Assembly (NCBI GenBank): GCA_047974565.1
Contig: JBKECN010000019.1
Coordinates: 117,801 to 181,800, forward strand
Length of the DNA: 64,000 nt
Direction: 5' to 3'
Source of the DNA: Actinomycetales bacterium
Lineage (GTDB): Bacteria > Actinomycetota > Actinomycetes > Actinomycetales > CAWJMD01
Positions 10,592 through 18,505 of this stretch are shown here, piece after piece (position 1 is the stretch's first letter; each line of letters begins with the position of its first letter). A model generated the notes under the pieces. The model ran no database searches and was not told the DNA's origin. It saw only the letters and a list, made by a program, of their open reading frames with translations. The translations under genes were made by a program, and so were the position numbers.

Positions 10592-11226
10592 GCAGTGCGC
10601 TCGCGACTCGAGTCGACTCAGCACAGGACTCAGCACAGGACTCAGCACAGGACGAATCCAGTTCATCGCGCCCGGAGCAGTCCCAGAACCCGGAGCAGTC
10701 CCAGAACCCGCAGTCCCAGAACCCCGAGCAGTCCCAGAACGCGGTCACCCACGAGCCGGCAACCGGCGAGCCGGCGGCGTCGCGACTGCGGCTCCGGCCG
10801 CGTCATGCCAAGGTCTGGGTGGCTGTGCTGACCGTGCTCGTCGCCGGCCTCGGGGTCGCAGTGTCGACGCAGCCCGGACGAGAGTGGGTGCGCCAGTCCA
10901 CGACTCGGATTCCGCAGAACGTGGTGGCGCTGTCCTTCGACGAGGGTGACGAGGCGGTCCAGGTCGCCCCGGACGGTACGGTGGTGACCTTCTCGGTGAC
11001 CTCGACACACGAGAGCCGATCACTGGGCTACCGGGCCGAACTCGTGGATCCGAGCGGGCACACCCAGGCCGTCACCGGCACCGTCGAGGTGCCGGCGGAC
11101 ACCACGGTGCGCGAGAGGGTGACCTTCCCCGCCACGCAGTGGACCTCAGTGACGGTGAGCGCCGACCCGGGACCGCAGCGAATCCGGCTGACGCACCCGG
11201 CCTCCTCCTCCCCCGATACCCCGTGA
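10588..11226 (+). CDS. Single-pass membrane protein with an extracytoplasmic beta-rich domain
   Basis: GTGA overlap with the GT2 stop. Repetitive N-terminus (DSAQ x3, PEQSQN x4), then one hydrophobic helix and a beta-strand-rich C-terminus. Confidence 0.7.
   Translation: MSSALATRVDSAQDSAQDSAQDESSSSRPEQSQNPEQSQNPQSQNPEQSQNAVTHEPATGEPAASRLRLRPRHAKVWVAVLTVLVAGLGVAVSTQPGREWVRQSTTRIPQNVVALSFDEGDEAVQVAPDGTVVTFSVTSTHESRSLGYRAELVDPSGHTQAVTGTVEVPADTTVRERVTFPATQWTSVTVSADPGPQRIRLTHPASSSPDTP
10615..10740 (+). repeat. Intragenic tandem repeats (12 bp x3; 15-18 bp x4)
   Basis: GACTCAGCACAG x3, then CCGGAGCAGTCCCAGAAC-like x4. Confidence 0.9.
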
Positions 11227-11291
11227 ACCGGAACACCCGAACTGCCGCACCCTGGCGCCAACCCGCCGACCTCAACCCGAAGGGAGGGCTC

Positions 11292-12161
11292 ATGCCCGAG
11301 GCGAAGACACTCACCGTCACGACCAGTTGGGATGACGGCCATCCACTCGATCTGCGAGTCGCCGACCTGCTGGACAAGTACGCCGTGAAAGGCACGTTCT
11401 ACGTCGCTCCGCGCAATATCGAGTTCCCGGCCTCGGGCCGAATCGATCCGGTCCAGCTCGCCGACCTCGCTGGCCGGCACGAGATCGGTGCGCACACGAT
11501 GACACACCGTCGGCTCCCCCAACTGGACGACGCGACCGCCCACCGCGAGATCGCGGACAGTAAGTCCTACCTGGAGGACCAGCTGTCCACAGCGGTGCCG
11601 TCCTTCTGCTATCCGGGCGGGCAGTACCACCGCCGGCATCTGAAGATGGTGCTGGCGGCCGGGTTCCGGACCGCGCGCACGGTGCGCCGACACCACGTCG
11701 GGGACGTCGCCAACCGCTTGCAGATCCCCACCACGATGCACTGCTACCGGCACCTGTCGGACGCGCCGTGGTTGATGGGGTGGACCAGGGGACGCCTGCT
11801 GCGCGGAGCCAGGTACTACCTCGCCTGGGACGAACTGGCGATCGCGCTCTTCGAACGCAGCCTCGCCGCCGGTGGGGTCTACCACCTGTGGGGTCACAGC
11901 TGGGAACTGGACCGCTTCGGTGACTGGCACCGCCTCGAGCGAGTCCTGGCGCACCTCGCCCGCCGCACCGCCGAGGTGAACGCCGGGCCGGAATCCGAGG
12001 GCCGGATCCGGCACCGGACCAACGACGAGGCCTATCCCGAGGCCGGATGGTCAGGCCCTAGTCCGCAGGCCGGATGGTCAGGCCACAGTCCGCAGGCCGG
12101 ATGGTCAGGCAACAGTCCGCAGGCCGGATGGTCAGGCAACAGTCCGGAGGCCGGATGGTGA
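11292..12161 (+). CDS. Polysaccharide deacetylase (CE4/NodB)
   Basis: SWDDG, EIGAHTMTH, FCYPGG and HLWGHSWE motifs. RBS GGGAGG. Confidence 0.92.
   Translation: MPEAKTLTVTTSWDDGHPLDLRVADLLDKYAVKGTFYVAPRNIEFPASGRIDPVQLADLAGRHEIGAHTMTHRRLPQLDDATAHREIADSKSYLEDQLSTAVPSFCYPGGQYHRRHLKMVLAAGFRTARTVRRHHVGDVANRLQIPTTMHCYRHLSDAPWLMGWTRGRLLRGARYYLAWDELAIALFERSLAAGGVYHLWGHSWELDRFGDWHRLERVLAHLARRTAEVNAGPESEGRIRHRTNDEAYPEAGWSGPSPQAGWSGHSPQAGWSGNSPQAGWSGNSPEAGW
12037..12161 (+). repeat. 27-bp tandem repeat at the 3' end of the deacetylase
   Basis: CCGCAGGCCGGATGGTCAGGC-NNN-AGT, about 4.5 copies, encoding PQAGWSG-x-S. Confidence 0.9.
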
Positions 12162-14632
12162 CGCCGCGTTCGGGGCACCGACTGGACCTTCCCGTCCTGG
12201 ATCCGGGGCCGTCCGACCGGGCCGACCTCGACGAGACAAGCGGGCAGGCACGTCCGGCACCGGCCGGGCGTCGACGCGTCTGGCCGATCCTGGTGTTGTC
12301 GGCGGTGGCGATCCTGGGCTGGCACAGCGTGGGCGAGGCACCCCTGTGGTTGACCATCCCCGCCGGCCTGACCGTCCTGTTCGCGGCCCCCACCGTCCTG
12401 CTTCGGCGTCGGCTGACGTTCTACGCCCCCACCGGGCTTGAGCCGTGGTTGTTGGCACTCGCCGGGACGGTGTTCGGCCTGATGGTCATCCCCATGGCCT
12501 GGAACCTCGCCTTCCTCGCCCTCGGTGCGCGCACGCCGCTGAGCAGCGGCTGGCTGTTGGTGCTCGTGGCCGGCTGCCTAGTGGCCCTGTGGCGGTGGCC
12601 GGGCGGGCGCGAAGGATCGAGTCGTGCCGGGCTCCCGCCGCCGGTGCGCTACCTGAGCGTGACCGAGCAGGTGCTGCTGGCCGGGGCTGTGCTCCACCCC
12701 GTCCTGGCGGTGATCGGTGCGATTCGACTCAACAACGATCTGGGCAACGGGGTCGCGATCGCCGCCCTGTTCGTCGGTGGTCTGGTGTTGGCGCTGCTGC
12801 TGGCCCGGCTGCCTCGCGTCAGCGAGCCGGTGCTGCTTGTCGTGGTCTATGCCGTGGGTTTGGGGCTCCTGCTTGCCACCGCCTTGCGGGGCTGGGAGGT
12901 CACCGGCCACGACATCCAGCGTGAGTTCACGATGTTCCAACTCACCGTGGCGCAACAGCATTGGGTGCCCGGGGTACCGGAGAACGCCTACAACGCCTGC
13001 CTGTCGATCACGGTGCTGCCGACGGTCGTCCATCAACTCACCGGTATCCCCGAGCTCTACGTCTTCCGGGCCGTCTTCCAGCCGCTCTTCGCACTGTGTC
13101 CGGTGATCGTGTATCTGATCGGCCGGCAGGTCGCCACCCGGTTCATCTCGGTGATCGCGGCGATCCTGTTCATGATCTTCCCGACCTACCTGACGGACAT
13201 GCCGTATCTCAATCGTCAGGAGATCGCTTTCCTGTTCCTCGGGCTGGCGGTGCTGGTCGTCGTCGGCGGTGGGCGAGACAGCCGTCACCCGGCCCGCACG
13301 GCCCGGCACGTGTCTGCGCACCGGGCCCGGATGATCTGGGCCGCGGCCATGGGGGCGGCGGTGATCCCATCGCACTACTCCACGACGTACGTCTTCCTGG
13401 TCGGCCTGGGGGTGGCCCTGGTGGCTCACGCGATCCTGGCCTGGAGTCGGCGCCGCAGGATCGCCGCGCCGGTCGCCAACCTCGACGACGTGGCCGGTGG
13501 ACGGCCGGTGCTGCTCAACGCGCTGGTGTTGGCGCTGCTCGCCGCGGCCACCATCGGATGGACGAACTTCACCCACTCCGGCGGGCAGCTGGAGGAGACG
13601 ATCGGGGCGTCGGTGCAGTCCTTCCGCGGGGACGGCGGAACCGCGAGTTCGGATGTGTCCTACAGCATCTTCTCCCGGGACGAGGGGCTCAGCCCGCAGG
13701 AGCGACTCGACGCCTACCGGGCCCAGACGATCGAGGAAAGCAGCGACCGTCGGGACGGGGAGTTGTACCCGCTGACGGTCCTGGCGGACTATCCCACCAC
13801 CATCGAAGCCGTCTCGGATCAACCGCTCACGGCGCTCGGTCAGGGCCTGCAGAGACTCGGCGTGCCGGTGCACGGCGCAATCAGCGCCTCCCGCGCTGCC
13901 TCCTCCCTGGGCATGCAACTCAGCGTGCTGCTCGGACTCATCTTCATCGTCCTCGGGCGGTTTCGCGGCCCGCGGCTATCCCTGGAATACCTGGCCCTGG
14001 TGGTCGGTGGACTCGGCATCATCGCGACCCAGATCGCCGTGCCGTCCTTCACCGTCGACTACGGGGTGCTGCGGGCCTTCCAGCAGTCACTCTTCGTCTT
14101 CGCACCGATCATGGGAATCGGCATCTGGTGTCTGATCAGCACCGTCGCCTCGAGGTGGGCAGCCCTGCTCACCGGCACGATCGTCCTGTCGATGTACGCG
14201 ACGCTGACCGGGCTGCTACCCGCCCTGCTGGGCGGCTATCCCGCGCAATTGCAGTTGGCGAACTCGGGTCAGTACTACGACAACTACTACGTGCACGACG
14301 GCGAGGTCGCGGGCATGGACTGGTTGCGCCAGCATGCGGTCGCCGCCCCGGGGTCTTCCACCGGCAGGGCCGAGATCCAGTCGGAGGTGGCCACGGACCG
14401 GTACGCTCGCGGCCGATCGGAGGCCTTGACCGGGCTCCCCTCGGCCGACGACGTATTCCCGACGCTGCTGCGTCCCACCGCCTACGTCTTCCTCGGCTAT
14501 CCCGCCGTTCACCAGGGCCGGGTCAGTGTCTTCTACTCCGGAGATCTGCTCGCCTACCACTACCCCGTCGCGCTGCTCAACGACACCAAAGACCTTGTCT
14601 ACTCCAACGGCTCCGCGGAGGTCTACCGATGA
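12158..14632 (+). CDS. DUF2206-like polytopic membrane protein (candidate GT-C/polymerase)
   Basis: Many transmembrane helices. GHDIQREF, AYNACLSITVLP, RQEIAFLF and SHYST motifs, C-terminal DLVYSNG. GTGA overlap with the upstream gene. Confidence 0.75.
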   Translation: MTPRSGHRLDLPVLDPGPSDRADLDETSGQARPAPAGRRRVWPILVLSAVAILGWHSVGEAPLWLTIPAGLTVLFAAPTVLLRRRLTFYAPTGLEPWLLALAGTVFGLMVIPMAWNLAFLALGARTPLSSGWLLVLVAGCLVALWRWPGGREGSSRAGLPPPVRYLSVTEQVLLAGAVLHPVLAVIGAIRLNNDLGNGVAIAALFVGGLVLALLLARLPRVSEPVLLVVVYAVGLGLLLATALRGWEVTGHDIQREFTMFQLTVAQQHWVPGVPENAYNACLSITVLPTVVHQLTGIPELYVFRAVFQPLFALCPVIVYLIGRQVATRFISVIAAILFMIFPTYLTDMPYLNRQEIAFLFLGLAVLVVVGGGRDSRHPARTARHVSAHRARMIWAAAMGAAVIPSHYSTTYVFLVGLGVALVAHAILAWSRRRRIAAPVANLDDVAGGRPVLLNALVLALLAAATIGWTNFTHSGGQLEETIGASVQSFRGDGGTASSDVSYSIFSRDEGLSPQERLDAYRAQTIEESSDRRDGELYPLTVLADYPTTIEAVSDQPLTALGQGLQRLGVPVHGAISASRAASSLGMQLSVLLGLIFIVLGRFRGPRLSLEYLALVVGGLGIIATQIAVPSFTVDYGVLRAFQQSLFVFAPIMGIGIWCLISTVASRWAALLTGTIVLSMYATLTGLLPALLGGYPAQLQLANSGQYYDNYYVHDGEVAGMDWLRQHAVAAPGSSTGRAEIQSEVATDRYARGRSEALTGLPSADDVFPTLLRPTAYVFLGYPAVHQGRVSVFYSGDLLAYHYPVALLNDTKDLVYSNGSAEVYR

Positions 14633-16020
14633 CTGGACGCCACCTCGCGGGCACCAACCCCGCCCCGGACGAACACCTGCTCAGCTCACCGCCGACCGAA
14701 TCGCGCGCCGCCGAATCGCGCGGGGGGAACCGGACCCGTCCTGCCGATCTGCTGGTGCGCAACTCGGCCCTGCTGATCGCCACCACGTGCGCCACTGCCG
14801 TCCTCGGATTCACCTTCTGGGTGGTGGCCGCTCGATTCTTCAGCGCCGCCGACGTCGGTGTGGCAAGCACCCTGTGGTCGGGACTGTCGTTGCTGGCCTA
14901 TGTCAGCCTGGCCGGGCTCAACTCGACCCTCATCCGGCACCTGGGGACCGGGGAGTTGATGCGCACCCAGATCTCGCAGTCGCTGCTGGGCGTGGGTGTG
15001 GTCAGCCTCATCCTGGGTGCGGCATACGTCACCCTGGCACCCGTGCTGGCACCCAAGCTCGACGTACTGCGCGAGCCGCTGGCCGCCGGCATCTTCGTCG
15101 CCGCCGCGGTGCTGGCGGCGGTGAACCTGCTGACAGACTCCATCTTCGTGGGCCTGCGGTCCGCGGGCTACAACCTGGCCATCGACGGGCTTCTGCAATC
15201 CGGGGTCAAACTGCTCAGCCTGCTCCTGCTGATCGGCACCGGCGCGGTGGGCATCTTCGGCGCCTCGACCCTGGCTCTGCTGATAGCCACGGTGGCCTCC
15301 CTGGCAGCGCTGGTCGTTCGTTTCGGGTACCGGTGGCGTCTGGGAAGACACCTGGCCTTCAATCGTCAGCAGGCCTTCTTCTCGTTCGGCAGTTACGTGT
15401 CCTCGTGCCTGCACACCGCGCCACTGCTGCTGGTGCCGCTGATCGTGCTGCACTTCCACGGTGCCGAGCAGAGCGCCTACTACTTCACCGCCTTTCAGCT
15501 GGCCCTGATGCTCTACACCTTCGCCAACGCGGTGGGTGAGTCCAACTTCTCCGAGTCCAGAGCGCATCCGAAGCGGGCGGCCGAACTGAGGCGGCGGGCC
15601 GCTCGACTCAACGCGTTGATCGTGGTGCCGGGCACGCTCGGGCTCCTGGCGGTAGGCCCCTTCATCCTGCAGGCCTTCGGCTCCACCTACGCCACCGAAG
15701 GTCGTTCCCTGCTGATGGTCCTCGCGTTGGCAGCCATCCCGCAGTCCTTCTACGCCTGGGCCGGCTTCCTCAATCGGATCGCTGGTCATGTGCGGGCGAT
15801 GATCGCCGCCGACGTCACGTACTTCGTCGTCGTGGTGGGACTGGCCTACTACTGGTCGAACGAGTCTCTCGCCCATGTCGGCTGGGCCTGGTTCCTCGGA
15901 AACGCCGCCGCAGGAGGGGTGGCCTTCGCCGGGTGGTACCGGCACCAGCGCAGATCCACCGCCCACCCCGAGACAGCGCACCTGGAACCCCGTTCCGGGA
16001 CAGAGGTTGATGCCCGATGA
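14629..16020 (+). CDS. Wzx/RfbX-like polysaccharide flippase
   Basis: LVRNSALL...LGFTFWVVAARFF...DVG...LAGLNSTLIR with about 12 transmembrane segments. ATGA overlap. Confidence 0.85.
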   Translation: MTGRHLAGTNPAPDEHLLSSPPTESRAAESRGGNRTRPADLLVRNSALLIATTCATAVLGFTFWVVAARFFSAADVGVASTLWSGLSLLAYVSLAGLNSTLIRHLGTGELMRTQISQSLLGVGVVSLILGAAYVTLAPVLAPKLDVLREPLAAGIFVAAAVLAAVNLLTDSIFVGLRSAGYNLAIDGLLQSGVKLLSLLLLIGTGAVGIFGASTLALLIATVASLAALVVRFGYRWRLGRHLAFNRQQAFFSFGSYVSSCLHTAPLLLVPLIVLHFHGAEQSAYYFTAFQLALMLYTFANAVGESNFSESRAHPKRAAELRRRAARLNALIVVPGTLGLLAVGPFILQAFGSTYATEGRSLLMVLALAAIPQSFYAWAGFLNRIAGHVRAMIAADVTYFVVVVGLAYYWSNESLAHVGWAWFLGNAAAGGVAFAGWYRHQRRSTAHPETAHLEPRSGTEVDAR

Positions 16021-18505
16021 ACACCACGATCACGACCCAGGACGCGGTCCGAGCCGCCCGGTGGGCACGATGCCAAGCCGGTGCCGGCAAGGCGGTGAGC
16101 GAGTGAATCCGCGCACGGTCCTGCTGTGCTCGAGCTACTACCGCCCCGATTCCGGAGGCGTGGAGACCTACGTCGAGGCCCTGGCCCGCTCGCTCAGCGG
16201 TGAGCACGGCATCCGGGTGATCGTGGTCTGCTCGACCGCCGATCCGGCCATGGTGGGACGATCCGTCGAGGACGGCGTCGAGGTGCACCGGCTGCCGATC
16301 TCGTTCCGGATCCTGCACACCCCGGTCGGATTACGGTGGTGGCGACAGGTACGCGAGATCATCGACAGCACCAGGCCGGACGTCATCAACGTACACGCCC
16401 CGGTGGTCGGCCTCACCGATGTGGTGGGCTGGGCGGCCGGCGACATTCCGGTGGTCCTGACGTACCACACCGGCCACATGACCAAGCCCAACCCTGCCTG
16501 GTCCGCCCTGATCCAGCCGTACGAACGGATTGCGCTGCCCCAACTGGTCGGCAGGGCGGCCGAGGTGATCGTCTCCTCGGGCTGGGTGGCCGACCAGATG
16601 CTCGCGCCACTGGGACATCGCAGCACCGTGATCAGCCCGGGCCATGATCCCGCGATCTTCTCTCCCCTGGACGGCGACGCCGCGCCGCAGAGCGCTCGGA
16701 CGCAGCACGTTCCGGCCGAGCGGGACCAGGCTCATCGGTTCCTTTCGGTGGGCGCTATCGACAGCACCAGCCGTTACAAGGCGCTGGACAACCTGCTGAC
16801 CGCCTTCGCGGACCTGCGTCGCACCGAACCGAATATCCACCTTGATGTCGTCGGCACCGGAAACCTGCTGGGCTTCTATCGCGACGAGGTGCGCCGCCTG
16901 GGCATCACCGACTCGGTGACCTTCTGGGGGGCTTTGCACGGGGAGGCCCTCGTCGAGCGGTACCGCGCGGCCACGCTGGTGCACCCGAGCCGCTTCGACA
17001 GCTTCCCCACCGTCCTGGTGGAGGCCCTGGCATGTGGCCGGCCGGTGATCAGCACGACGGTCGGTGGCATCGGCGAACTCATCACCGACGGCGTCCACGG
17101 CCGGCTCGTCCCCCCGGACGACATCCCGGCGCTGACCGCTGCGATGGCGGAGGTGGTGCGACACCCGGAGCGGGCCGCTGCCTGGGCCCGCGCAGGCCGC
17201 CAACGGGTCAGCACCGAACGCACCTGGGCCGCGGTGACCAGGCAGACGCTCACGGTCTTCCGGCGTGCCGTCTCGGGACATTCCCCGGCCACCGTGGCTG
17301 TGGTGGCAGCGCACTACGCGCCCCGGATCGGGGGTGTCGAACGCTACGCCGGTCACGTGGTTTCGGCCCTGCGCGACGACCCGGCGCTTCGTCCGGTGGT
17401 GATCACCTCACGAGACCCGGGCCAGCGCCGGGTCGAGGTTGTCAACGGGGTGGAGGTCCGCCGCCTGCGTCCGCTGCTACGGATCTCCAACACACCTGTG
17501 AGTCCGATCTGGCCCGCCCAGCTCCGGTTCCTGCTCGCAGCCACCGGCGCCCGGGTGGTGACCGCCCATTCACCGGTGACGTTCATGCCCGACGTCGCGC
17601 TTGCGGTCCGGGGACGGCGACCCGGGATGCTGACCTTCCACTCCGGATCGATGCTCAAAGGGCCGGACGGACCCGGATCGGTAGCCGACCTGGTCAAGCG
17701 GCCTCTGGACGGCCTCATCGCCGCCTACGAGAAGCACCTACTACCAGCCCTGTTCACCAGGTGCGACGTGGTCGCGCGCTCGTCGCAGACCGCCCTGGGC
17801 CCCGTCGACTCCCCCGTGCTCAGCCCGGGAGTCGACCTGGCTCGCTTCGAACCCGCGGGGGTCGACCACCAGAGCGGACCTCCGCACGGCCCACCGGGGA
17901 CGGCTGAGTTGTTGTTCGTCGGTCGGGTCGAGCGGTCCTCCCGGTGGAAGGGGCTGCAGGTGTTGATCGCTGCCCTTCCGGCCATCCTCGCCGAGATCCC
18001 GCAGGCCCGCGTGCGGGTGGTGGGCTCCGGCGATGCGATCAGCGGGATGCAAGCCCAGGCAGCGGGCCTCGGGGTCGAGCACGCGATCGAGTTCAGCGGA
18101 GGGCTGGCCCCCGATGAGGTGCCCGCGGCCTACCGTCGAGCCAGCGCCCTGGTGCTGCCCTCGCTCACCTCGGCCGAGTCCTTCGGCATGGTGGTTGCCG
18201 AGGCGATGGCATCCGGCTGCCCGGTGGTGGCCAGCCGCGTCGGCGGCATTCCTCACCTGGTGACCGATGAGGTCACCGGCCTGCTCGTCACCCCCGGAGA
18301 TGTCGATGAACTGGCACAGGCCTGCGTCCGGATGCTGGCCGATGGCGGGCTCCGTTCCCGGCTGGCCGCGGCGGCGACTCGCCACGCTCGGGAGTCGTTC
18401 GCGTGGGATTCGACCGTGACCGCGTACCGGCAGATCTGTCGTCGCCTCATCGAGGCGCCCGCCGGGGCAGGCGTCTCATCCATCGTGGCAGGTGCACCCG
18501 AATGA
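16010..18505 (+). CDS. Tandem double GT4 (GT-B) glycosyltransferase
   Basis: Two full units: PDSGGVE...FDSFPTVLVEALACG and PRIGGVE...AESFGMVVAEAMASG. The start may instead be GTG 16103. Confidence 0.9.
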   Translation: MPDEHHDHDPGRGPSRPVGTMPSRCRQGGERVNPRTVLLCSSYYRPDSGGVETYVEALARSLSGEHGIRVIVVCSTADPAMVGRSVEDGVEVHRLPISFRILHTPVGLRWWRQVREIIDSTRPDVINVHAPVVGLTDVVGWAAGDIPVVLTYHTGHMTKPNPAWSALIQPYERIALPQLVGRAAEVIVSSGWVADQMLAPLGHRSTVISPGHDPAIFSPLDGDAAPQSARTQHVPAERDQAHRFLSVGAIDSTSRYKALDNLLTAFADLRRTEPNIHLDVVGTGNLLGFYRDEVRRLGITDSVTFWGALHGEALVERYRAATLVHPSRFDSFPTVLVEALACGRPVISTTVGGIGELITDGVHGRLVPPDDIPALTAAMAEVVRHPERAAAWARAGRQRVSTERTWAAVTRQTLTVFRRAVSGHSPATVAVVAAHYAPRIGGVERYAGHVVSALRDDPALRPVVITSRDPGQRRVEVVNGVEVRRLRPLLRISNTPVSPIWPAQLRFLLAATGARVVTAHSPVTFMPDVALAVRGRRPGMLTFHSGSMLKGPDGPGSVADLVKRPLDGLIAAYEKHLLPALFTRCDVVARSSQTALGPVDSPVLSPGVDLARFEPAGVDHQSGPPHGPPGTAELLFVGRVERSSRWKGLQVLIAALPAILAEIPQARVRVVGSGDAISGMQAQAAGLGVEHAIEFSGGLAPDEVPAAYRRASALVLPSLTSAESFGMVVAEAMASGCPVVASRVGGIPHLVTDEVTGLLVTPGDVDELAQACVRMLADGGLRSRLAAAATRHARESFAWDSTVTAYRQICRRLIEAPAGAGVSSIVAGAPE

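Noticed and set aside
12961-14628. 1019-aa ORF 12961-16020 as a single protein
   Set aside because: The first ~556 codons are an off-frame shadow of the DUF2206 gene. The real flippase starts at ATG 14629.
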